A DNA stretch of 63,877 bases from Sphingomonadaceae bacterium (GTDB lineage Bacteria > Pseudomonadota > Alphaproteobacteria > Sphingomonadales > Sphingomonadaceae): assembly GCA_050330935.1 (NCBI GenBank), contig JBHJHL010000003.1, positions 1-63,877 on the forward strand, read 5' to 3'. The notes under the pieces were generated by a model. The model worked only from the letters and a program-made list of their open reading frames with translations, did no database searches and was not told where the DNA came from. Both the position numbers and the translations under genes were made by a program. Positions 1 through 7,208 of the stretch are shown here, one piece after another (position 1 is the first letter of the stretch; each line of letters opens with the position of its first letter).

Positions 1-141
1 AATTGTTTTGCCTGATCGCTGGACTCAATGCCGGTGATGGTGTTGCGGTTTGCCCGCGTTTTCTGAAATGCTAGGCCTCCGTCAATAGAGCTAAGTCGCT
101 TTTTGGGTTGCGGTTGGCCCGCCTTTTCTGAACTGCTAGGC
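1..141 (+). CRISPR. End of type II-C CRISPR array: two full ~35-nt repeats (42-76, 107-141), a probable partial repeat (1-11), and two 30-nt spacers
   Basis: GTTGCGGTTTGCCCGCGTTTTCTGAAATGCTAGGC and GTTGCGGTTGGCCCGCCTTTTCTGAACTGCTAGGC, period 65, 3 mismatches; adjacent to cas2; complementary to the anti-repeat at 4818-4846. Confidence 0.88.
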
Positions 142-213
142 AGATGTGTCGCTAAGCTGTTGTTTTCAAATAGCAAAGCGGCACATCCCGCCAGCGTGTA
201 TCCTCGGACATAA
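142..213. promoter_or_regulatory. CRISPR leader with long hairpin and IHF-like site
   Basis: Inverted repeat GATGTGTCGCT (143-153) / AGCGGCACATC (177-187); TAAGCTGTTGTTT (153-165) resembles YAANNNNTTGATW. Confidence 0.55.
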
Positions 214-555
214 TCAGAACATCGCCAGCTGATCCGGATTCTTCTTTCGTTTCTTGCGTCGTTGGCTCGCGAATCGCACGATATTCTCATATTGTCGGTC
301 GGTGAAGGTAAGGACATGGATATCTCCCTTCTCCGGCAGATTGCGCTCGATTCGCCGCAAGTGGGTTTCATAGCTTTCCTTACCGCTGCAAAAACGAGCA
401 TAGACTGAAAACTGACTCATCTCAAAGCCTTCGTCGAGCAGGAATTCGCGGAATTTGGTCGCCTCGCGCGATTGTTTCTTGGTTCCCACCGGCAGGTCGA
501 ACATCACGAAAATCCACATCAGCTTGTACCCGCTGAGATAGGGCGCATCGCTCAC
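214..555 (-). CDS. cas2: CRISPR-associated endonuclease Cas2
   Basis: YLSGYKLMWIFVMFDLPV...GFEMSQFSVYARF; GTG start overlaps the cas1 stop (GTGA). Confidence 0.95.
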   Translation of the reverse strand: MSDAPYLSGYKLMWIFVMFDLPVGTKKQSREATKFREFLLDEGFEMSQFSVYARFCSGKESYETHLRRIERNLPEKGDIHVLTFTDRQYENIVRFASQRRKKRKKNPDQLAMF

Positions 556-1487
556 GCCTCTTCCTCGTCGTCCACCCTTGCCAGCGCCGCCCATTCGATC
601 GGCGAGGGCGGGTCGAACAGTGTCAACTCCGCGCGGCCGATTTCGAAGCTCTTCGCCAGCGATTGCGCCAGTTTTTGCGCCGCCACCGACACCGGGGACG
701 CCTCGCCGCCGATGCGAAGGTCGAAGGCGATCAGCCGCGCGAAGCGCCGCTTCACCGGCGGATCGAGCGTTTCCATGCCCGCTTCCACCATCGCGCGGGC
801 GAGCGCGTCGACCAGCGGGCGGAACGGTTCGACCAGATCGTCGGCGAGCGCGAAGGCGTTGCCGCGATTGGCGTGCTGGATGCCCATCGTCGGGTGCAGC
901 CCCGCCGCCACCACCGCCCGCGCCACCGTCGCGCGCATCACCGCATATCCGTAATTGAGCAGCGCGTTGGTATCGCCCTCGTGCCGGTCGCGGCGGAAAT
1001 CGGCGCCCATCAGCGCCGGCCAGTAGCGCCGCGCCGCTTGCGCCTCCTGATTGTCGGGATCACCCGATTTCACCCGCCGCGCAATGTGCGGAAAGGCGAC
1101 CGCCTCCTCCGCCCCGCGCGCCGCCAGCAGCGATCCCTGCATTCGGATCTTGGACTGCACGATCCGCCGCCACAGCTGCTTGGCGAGCGGACGGGAAGCG
1201 TTCCACTGCGCCCGCATCCGCGCGCCCTGCGCATGATGCCCTTCGATCGGCAGCGTTACCGCCACCGGCGAATGGTGGGTCCCGCAGAACACGATCGGCG
1301 CGCCGCGTTCGGCGAGCCGCGCGACGAGATTGCCGGTCCAGCTGACGCCATGCGCGTGGACGATCACCGCATGCACATCGTCAAGCGCGATCCGGCCGAC
1401 CTCCTCGCCATCGGCTTTGACCATCAGGAAGCCGCGATAGGTGGAAAGATGGCGGCCGTCGGTGGCGATGTCGACGATCCGCTCCAC
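552..1487 (-). CDS. cas1: Type II CRISPR-associated endonuclease Cas1
   Basis: EAQAARRYW, NALLNYGYA, GIQH, LADDLVEPFRP motifs. Confidence 0.97.
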   Translation of the reverse strand: MERIVDIATDGRHLSTYRGFLMVKADGEEVGRIALDDVHAVIVHAHGVSWTGNLVARLAERGAPIVFCGTHHSPVAVTLPIEGHHAQGARMRAQWNASRPLAKQLWRRIVQSKIRMQGSLLAARGAEEAVAFPHIARRVKSGDPDNQEAQAARRYWPALMGADFRRDRHEGDTNALLNYGYAVMRATVARAVVAAGLHPTMGIQHANRGNAFALADDLVEPFRPLVDALARAMVEAGMETLDPPVKRRFARLIAFDLRIGGEASPVSVAAQKLAQSLAKSFEIGRAELTLFDPPSPIEWAALARVDDEEEA

Positions 1488-1491
1488 GATG

Positions 1492-4400
1492 CTATTCGCG
1501 CGGTCCCGGGTCGAACACCCGGCCGAGCCGATCGACGCGTACCTGCCGGGCTTTCCGCTTCTTCAATGTAGATGCGGAACAGCGGACGAATTCGAACGGA
1601 TCATCAGTATTCTTCGCTCGCTTCACGAAATCTCCTCCATCTCGATGGCCAACCAGAACCACCCGGCCGTCGGTCCAAATCTGTTGGACCACATAAATCT
1701 TTGTTTCGCCGTCGGCTTCCATCGCAATCAGATCATTCTGATGGAGACTCAGCACTTTCTTGGCAGCGGGATGAGGTTTTGGTGGCAGATGGGCATGCTG
1801 ATGCGCATCGAACGTAGAAATGACACTCGACTGATCTTGACCGCTCCTATTCTTCCATTTCGTGACCCATTTCCCGTTCGGCAGACGCCACACGTCGAAG
1901 CGTGCGTTGGAATCGCCTTTATAGGCCTTGTAGACCTGCCCATTGCTACGCCTGATCGGGATGACGTTAAGCGGTTCGTGCACGCGCACCCGGCGAATGC
2001 CCTGGAACAGCGGCTTGCCGTTCTTGTCCTGCTTCCATCCCTTTTTCTGAAACCGCAGCAGCGCCTGCTCGAATGCCTTGCCGGTCAGCGTCTCGCCGCG
2101 TTCGCCGCGCGTGGCGAAGAGCAGCGCCTCGCGCAGCGCCTCATCCGGAATGCGATCGGGATCGGTGATGTCGCCGGGCTTGAGACTGGTAAGCGGCACG
2201 CGGTGGACGACGATCGGAGTCTTGCCGTCCGCCGCCATTTTGCCGGTGAGGCCATAGGCTGTCTCGTTGTGGAGCTGCCCGGCGGTGACGTGCGGCAGCT
2301 TGTCGCGTGATTTCAGGCCATGATCGGGCTTGTGACTGACGATAACGCGCCAAAGCTTTTCGCCAAGCTCATCCCGAAATCCGTCCCATGGCTCGGGAAG
2401 GCCGTCGAATTGCTTTTCGAGGTCCTTCTCCTCGGCACGTCCAGCCGCGCGAGCGATTTTCATCAACAGGCTGCGCGTCGTCACCGCCACCACCGCAGCG
2501 TCGATCGCATGATGTCGGTGATCAAGCCGGTTCTTGGGCGCGTTCGAATGCTCATTCTCGACGAAATTATGATCGGGCAGCAGACTGTTGAGCCCCCACA
2601 GCCGCCGCAGCATCGCCGTCATCCGGCCGGGGATCACATAGACGCTGCCCTCGCTCTTGTCGGCATAAAGGCTGGAGAGATAGGTCCGCGCCATCCGCGA
2701 CAGATATTGCGTGTCGGTGAGCTGTCGGGCGATGAAGCCGCCGTCCTTTTCGACTCGCGCCATCGCGTCCGGCCCGAAGCGCCATTGCTTGCCCTTGTGC
2801 AGCCGCGCGACCTGCTCGGCGATCGCATCCCAACGCTCGGTTTCGCCCCAGGCTTCCCAGGGAGTGCGATGGCCCTTCTGCCGATTGCAGTTGCGGTGAG
2901 CGACGACCTTGTTCGAGACGCTGTCGTCGAGCGTGCGCGAATAGGGAAGGATATGATCGATGTCGGCGCTGCCGTTGAACAGCGCCTCGGCGCCGATCTG
3001 TTCTCCGCAATAGGGGCAGCGCCGGTCGAGCGGGTTCTTCGGGTTGAGTTCCTCCCACATTCTGAGCAGCATCCGGTTGGCACCGCTGTCATGCTGACCG
3101 AGGTCTCGCAGCTTCTCCGACCGCCGCTCCGCCGCCGCCGTGGTCTCGCGAATGCGCTTGTTGTGCGCCTCCTTCTGCTTCTCGTTGAGCTTGAGCTCGC
3201 GCGCCAGCTCGACGACGATCTGGTCGGGCCGGCCGTGTATTTTGATGATGTCGTTGACCAGCTTTTCAAGCTGGCGCAGCCCGATATGCACCGTTGGATT
3301 GGTGATCTTGCCCCAACGTTTCTCTTCGGGATCGCTCGGATCGAGCGTTCCGGGCGGAATCTCGCGTGTTAGCAGTTCACCATAATAAGGAAGCTTCGGG
3401 AGTATCTCTCCGGTCCGGAAATCCGAATGATGTTTCAAACGCGGATCAAGCGCGCCTGCGGGTTTCACTGTCTTGTCATAGGTGATGACGTCCTTTTCAA
3501 GTTCGTCGAGAATCAGCCGCGTCGCGGTCGCTCCAAGCCGGCCATATCCCTCCGGCAGCGACCGCGCCGCCTTCTCCGCCGCTTCGATCTGGGCGTCGTC
3601 CAGACCATATTGCTCGCGCAGGAAGGCATGCAGCGCTTCGGGGTCTTCTTCCTCCATCAGCCGCTCGACGATCGCCCACTGCTCCTCGACGCTGAAATGC
3701 GCCCAGCGATTGCCGAACAGCTTCTTGTTCGCCATCGTCGCATAGACTTCGTCGCCCAGCATCTTGGTGCGGGTTTCGCTCGCCTTGTTGAAGCTCTGCC
3801 CGGGATCGAGCTTCAGCTTCTTGGCGAGGCTGTCATAGGCGGCCGATTTGCGCGTGCGCAGATAGAGGATCAGCGTGTCGCGCTGATCCTTGGTCAGCTT
3901 GCACTGCGGCTCGCCGGGCGTGGTGATTTCGAGCTGGTTGACCTCTTCATGAAGTCGCCGCTGCTGGAACAGCGGGTGCGCCTTGGGCAGGCGCTTCTCG
4001 GCGGTGACGAAGGTGCAGACGCCGACCGGCTGCTCCTTCAGGGGACGCTGGAAGAAGAGGATGCGATGCAGCGCCGCGCGCGCCGTTTCGGTCAGCAGCT
4101 CGGGATGCTGGGCGGCCTGGGCATCCCAGATCGCCTCGAACTCCTCCTCGACATGCCGCCGCTGCGGGTAGAAATCATAGTCTTGCGCCTCGCCGCCCAT
4201 CCGCACGCGCTTCTCATCGCGGCCGGCGAGGAACTCGCCGAGCGTTCGCGCCTTGGCTTCCGCCATCGCCGCGTCGAGCTTCTCGGCGCCTTTGGCGATC
4301 TTGCCGGTCTCGTCGCCCTGCTTGCGCTCGGCCTTGCGGTTCGACTTGAAGCCGCGCCGCTGGTTGAGGTGAAACAGCGCCCGCCCGATCTCATAGGGCT

Positions 4401-4734
4401 CCAGCTTCTCGTCGAGCGCGCGCTTGCGCAGGGCATAGGGATCGCGCTCCGCGACCAGCTTCGCTTCATCGGTGTCAACTGGCATCAGCTTATGCTCGAC
4501 CAGCGCCGCGAGAAAAGCCGATCGCCGCCGTAGGTAACGATCTCGCCGGCGTCGCGCGGCCCGCGCCTCTCGCCGGTCGACCGCCAGCGACGTTCCCGAC
4601 GGATCGCGCCCGTCCGGGAAAATGCGCACGCCGATGTCGACAATCTCTTCGCCGGCTGGCGCATTTTGCGGATCATAGCGCATCAGGCACCAGCCGACGC
4701 TGTTGGTGCCGACATCGAGCCCAAGTCTCAGCAT
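1492..4734 (-). CDS. cas9: Type II-C Cas9, 1080 aa
   Basis: RuvC-I GLDVGTNSVGW, Arg-rich bridge helix, RuvC-II VVELARE, HNH DIDHILPYS, RuvC-III HHAIDAAVV; no csn2 or cas4 present. Confidence 0.98.
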   Translation of the reverse strand: MLRLGLDVGTNSVGWCLMRYDPQNAPAGEEIVDIGVRIFPDGRDPSGTSLAVDRREARAARRRRDRYLRRRSAFLAALVEHKLMPVDTDEAKLVAERDPYALRKRALDEKLEPYEIGRALFHLNQRRGFKSNRKAERKQGDETGKIAKGAEKLDAAMAEAKARTLGEFLAGRDEKRVRMGGEAQDYDFYPQRRHVEEEFEAIWDAQAAQHPELLTETARAALHRILFFQRPLKEQPVGVCTFVTAEKRLPKAHPLFQQRRLHEEVNQLEITTPGEPQCKLTKDQRDTLILYLRTRKSAAYDSLAKKLKLDPGQSFNKASETRTKMLGDEVYATMANKKLFGNRWAHFSVEEQWAIVERLMEEEDPEALHAFLREQYGLDDAQIEAAEKAARSLPEGYGRLGATATRLILDELEKDVITYDKTVKPAGALDPRLKHHSDFRTGEILPKLPYYGELLTREIPPGTLDPSDPEEKRWGKITNPTVHIGLRQLEKLVNDIIKIHGRPDQIVVELARELKLNEKQKEAHNKRIRETTAAAERRSEKLRDLGQHDSGANRMLLRMWEELNPKNPLDRRCPYCGEQIGAEALFNGSADIDHILPYSRTLDDSVSNKVVAHRNCNRQKGHRTPWEAWGETERWDAIAEQVARLHKGKQWRFGPDAMARVEKDGGFIARQLTDTQYLSRMARTYLSSLYADKSEGSVYVIPGRMTAMLRRLWGLNSLLPDHNFVENEHSNAPKNRLDHRHHAIDAAVVAVTTRSLLMKIARAAGRAEEKDLEKQFDGLPEPWDGFRDELGEKLWRVIVSHKPDHGLKSRDKLPHVTAGQLHNETAYGLTGKMAADGKTPIVVHRVPLTSLKPGDITDPDRIPDEALREALLFATRGERGETLTGKAFEQALLRFQKKGWKQDKNGKPLFQGIRRVRVHEPLNVIPIRRSNGQVYKAYKGDSNARFDVWRLPNGKWVTKWKNRSGQDQSSVISTFDAHQHAHLPPKPHPAAKKVLSLHQNDLIAMEADGETKIYVVQQIWTDGRVVLVGHRDGGDFVKRAKNTDDPFEFVRCSASTLKKRKARQVRVDRLGRVFDPGPRE

Positions 4735-4783
4735 GATCTATTCTCCCTGTAGGCAATGTTACAGAGAGCGCTCGCTGAGGCAA

Positions 4784-4812
4784 TTGACTATGGAGTCTCT
4801 TTAGGCCAGAAT
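4784..4812 (+). promoter_or_regulatory. sigma70-type promoter of tracrRNA
   Basis: TTGACT-N17-CAGAAT places +1 at about 4818, the start of the anti-repeat. Confidence 0.7.
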
Positions 4813-4817
4813 GGTCA

Positions 4818-4897
4818 AGTTCAGAAAAGGCGGGCCAGCTGTTAACAAGCAGCTTGACTGCACCAAATAAGGGCGGGGCTACGGCCCCGTCTTTTTT
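4818..4897 (+). ncRNA. tracrRNA
   Basis: AGTTCAGAAAAGGCGGGCCA is a perfect 20-nt complement of repeat 107-141, followed by GCTGTTAAC lower stem, a short nexus hairpin, and a terminator. Confidence 0.9.
4871..4897. terminator. Intrinsic terminator, probably bidirectional
   Basis: GGCGGGGC-TACG-GCCCCGTC hairpin followed by TTTTTT; AAATAA on the other side. Confidence 0.8.
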
Positions 4898-4961
4898 ATT
4901 TGACGAGCTCGACCTGCCCGAACTCCAGCTCGACCGGGGTCGCGCGGCCGAAGATCGAGAT
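4896..4961 (-). repeat. Relic duplicate of the nusG 3' end (att-like direct repeat)
   Basis: 61/66 nt identical to 5828-5893; encodes ISIFGRATPVELEFGQVELVK*. Confidence 0.92.
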
Positions 4962-4969
4962 CCGCTCCC

Positions 4970-5359
4970 TCAACCCGCCCTGCGCTCTTCCCCCTCGCCC
5001 GCAAGCCGATATTTCTTCACCAGCAATCGTTCCGGCACCCGCCATTCGGCGGCGATCTTGCGGATCATCGGCAGGGTGAGCGGACGCTTGCGCTGGAGAA
5101 TTTCGGTCGCGCGCGATTGCCCGATCAGGGCGGCCAGATCGCCGCGGCCATAGCCTTCATGCGCCATCGCCGCCTCGATCGCCTCGACCGGGTCGAGCGC
5201 GTCCGAAGGCCAGCGGCGCTCCTCATAGGCATCGGCGAGCGTCGCGAGCACGTCGAGCCGGTCGCCTTCGGGCGTGCCCTCTTCGGCGCCCCACAGCGCC
5301 TCGACCTCCTTCAGCGCCGCGCGATGTTCCTCGTCGTTGCGGATCGGGCGGACGTCCAT
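4970..5359 (-). CDS. higA: HigA-type antitoxin (HTH)
   Basis: PIRNDEEHRAALKEVEALW...DRLDVLATL..AYE, C-terminal HTH with KRPLTLPMIRKI; GGAG RBS. Confidence 0.9.
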   Translation of the reverse strand: MDVRPIRNDEEHRAALKEVEALWGAEEGTPEGDRLDVLATLADAYEERRWPSDALDPVEAIEAAMAHEGYGRGDLAALIGQSRATEILQRKRPLTLPMIRKIAAEWRVPERLLVKKYRLAGEGEERRAG

Positions 5360-5370
5360 GCCAAATCTCC

Positions 5371-5673
5371 TCAAAACAGCTTCACCGTCAGCGCGTCGAT
5401 CCGGTCATATTCGGCATGGGTGCCGATGAATTTCACGAACGCGATGCCGCGGCGGAAATCGAAGGCGACGATCATCCGATAATCGCCGCCGGCGACCTCG
5501 AAGCGGACCCTGTCTCCGCCGAGCGCCTTGGCCTTCGAAAAGCCCGCCTGCACCTCGGCCGCATTCTTCCACTCCGCCGCCTTGACGACGCCGATCCAGT
5601 GCAGCAGCGAAGCTCTGGTTGCGGGATGTTTTTCCCAGAAAGCGGCGAGCGTGCTGCGCGCTATCAACCTCAT
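5371..5673 (-). CDS. higB: HigB-type toxin (RelE superfamily)
   Basis: MRLIARSTL..FW..HP...VRFEVAGGDYRMIV...FIGTHAEYDRID; toxin-first gene order. Confidence 0.92.
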   Translation of the reverse strand: MRLIARSTLAAFWEKHPATRASLLHWIGVVKAAEWKNAAEVQAGFSKAKALGGDRVRFEVAGGDYRMIVAFDFRRGIAFVKFIGTHAEYDRIDALTVKLF

Positions 5674-5678
5674 GCGGC

Positions 5679-5707
5679 GCGGTAGCATTTCCCAATTTGG
5701 GAAGCAA
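5679..5707 (-). promoter_or_regulatory. higBA promoter with palindromic operator
   Basis: Minus strand TTGCTT-N17-TACCGC, 5 nt before ATG (likely leaderless); perfect palindrome TTCCCAA-T-TTGGGAA at 5689-5703. Confidence 0.7.
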
Positions 5708-5787
5708 GCTTTTATCTGCCGCCCTGGACTTGCCTGCGTCGGCGAAGGTCGGGACTTAGGGTCCGGCTTTTATGGAATAATGGAAAG

Positions 5788-5817
5788 CTGGATCCCGGCT
5801 CTGGGGCCGGGATGACG
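5788..5817. repeat. REP-like palindromic element
   Basis: CTGGATCCCGGC-TCTGGG-GCCGGGATGACG; similar to 24288-24314. Confidence 0.6.
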
Positions 5818-5827
5818 GCTCAGGCCG

Positions 5828-6364
5828 TCATTTGACGAGCTCGACCTGCCCGAATTCGAGCTCGACCGGGGTCGCGCGGCCGAAGATGGAGACCGATACC
5901 TTGACCCGCCCGCGGTCGAAATCGAGCTCCTCGACGAGGCCGTTGAAGCTCGCGAACGGCCCTTCGAGCACCTTGACATTGTCGCCGATCTCATAGTCGA
6001 CGCTGATCTTCTCCTTGGGCGCCGCGGCGGCGGCTTCCTTGGTGTTGAGGATGCGCGCGGCCTCGGCCTCGCTGATCGGCTGCGGCTTGCCGCTCGCGCC
6101 CAGGAATCCCGTCACCTTCGGCGTGTTCTTGATGAGGTGGTAGACCTGCTCGTTCATGTCGAGCTTGGCGAGCACATAGCCGGGGAAGAATTTGCGCTCG
6201 GTCTGCACCTTCTTGCCGCGCTTGATCTCGGTCACCGTCTCGGTCGGCACCTCGATCTCCTCGACCATCGGCTCGAGGCCCATGCGGCCGGCCTCGGCCA
6301 TGATCGCGTCGCGGACCTTGTTCTCGAAGCCCGAATAGGCGTGGATGATATACCAGCGCGACAT
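5828..6364 (-). CDS. nusG: Transcription termination/antitermination factor NusG
   Basis: WYIIHAYSGFENKV, FFPGYVL, KOW GPFASF, IFGRATPVELEF. Confidence 0.98.
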   Translation of the reverse strand: MSRWYIIHAYSGFENKVRDAIMAEAGRMGLEPMVEEIEVPTETVTEIKRGKKVQTERKFFPGYVLAKLDMNEQVYHLIKNTPKVTGFLGASGKPQPISEAEAARILNTKEAAAAAPKEKISVDYEIGDNVKVLEGPFASFNGLVEELDFDRGRVKVSVSIFGRATPVELEFGQVELVK

Positions 6365-6384
6365 GGCTTTTCCTCGCGATATCC

Positions 6385-6582
6385 CTAGTCGATGAGGCCG
6401 AGCAATTGCTTGACGACGGCGTTGAAGCCCGAATCGATGACGAAGAAGAAGAAGCCCAGGATCGCGGTCATGATCATCACCATGATCGCGGTGGTCACCG
6501 TCTCGCGCCGCGACGGCCACACCACCTTCGCGGTCTCGCTGCGCACCTGCCGGATGAATTCGCCGGGGCTGGGCTTGGCCAT
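6385..6582 (-). CDS. secE: Preprotein translocase subunit SecE
   Basis: FIRQVRSETAKVVWPSRRE plus one TM; located between tRNA-Trp and nusG. Confidence 0.96.
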   Translation of the reverse strand: MAKPSPGEFIRQVRSETAKVVWPSRRETVTTAIMVMIMTAILGFFFFVIDSGFNAVVKQLLGLID

Positions 6583-6689
6583 TTCACCTCGCTTCGAATG
6601 TTGCGGGCCAGCGGGGACAAAGTCGCGCCGCCCGGTCTTTTCTCGAAAAGCACCGGCGCCGGCCATCCACGCTGTCGGATTGGGCGCTT

Positions 6690-6718
6690 CATCTAGCGAT
6701 GTCGCGGCCCCCGCGCAA
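6690..6718 (-). promoter_or_regulatory. Putative secE-nusG promoter
   Basis: Minus strand TTGCGC-N17-TAGATG. Confidence 0.45.
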
Positions 6719-6811
6719 GAGGGGGGCGGGGGCGATATCGGCAGGCGGCCGCCGCGAGGGAACGAGCGCGAAGCCGGCAGGCGGCGGCGGAAGCGGAGGC
6801 CAAGCCGGCCA

Positions 6812-7071
6812 GGCGATGGCGGGGAGCGCATGGGGGCGGGAACCCCGTTTCGTCGCGATGGGCCTATCGGTGCAGGCGCGGCGCGATGGCAGGAAAGGCT
6901 CCGGGCCCGGCGCGGCGGCCTCTTGCGGCAGCCGAGGATGGCGGGAGCAGAGGGACTGGCCTCGGCCCGGCGCGGTGTCCGGTATCGATGCGGCGCCGGA
7001 TGATGGCAGGAGGGGAGGGACTCGAATCCCGGCGCGGGGCTTGTGCCCTCTATCGATGCGGCGCCGGATGA
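6812..7071 (-). repeat. Tandem degenerate copies of the tRNA-Trp 3' end plus trailer
   Basis: GCCA-ending units at 7004, 6939, 6887 and 6817 (periods 68/65/52/70); shared trailer TATCGATGCGGCGCCGGATGA. Confidence 0.85.
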
Positions 7072-7147
7072 TGGCAGGAGTGGAGGGACTCGAACCCCCG
7101 GCCCTCGGTTTTGGAGACCGATGCTCTACCAGCTGAGCTACACTCCT
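7072..7147 (-). tRNA. tRNA-Trp (CCA)
   Basis: 76-nt cloverleaf AGGAGTGTAGCTCAGCTGGTAGAGC...CTCCAAA...GTTCGAGTC...CTCCTGCCA. Confidence 0.98.
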
Positions 7148-7208
7148 AAATCCCCGCAAACACCCTCATTATCTGGCGTCGAGCGGCAGGGCAAGCGCGC
7201 AGCCGCGC

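Noticed and set aside
12-106. Spacers targeting the higBA or cas9 promoter (CreTA-like control)
   Set aside because: By eye only 6-7 nt matches (CTGGACT, GCTTTT) were found, which is chance level; no exhaustive search was possible
4740-4817. Long-form tracrRNA acting as a natural sgRNA
   Set aside because: No repeat-like segment upstream of the anti-repeat
4854-5153. 99-aa ORF on the + strand
   Set aside because: Overlaps the tracr terminator, the nusG relic and antisense higA; no recognisable motif
6812-7108. Second CRISPR array
   Set aside because: Units derive from the tRNA-Trp end, have irregular periods and do not resemble the II-C repeat
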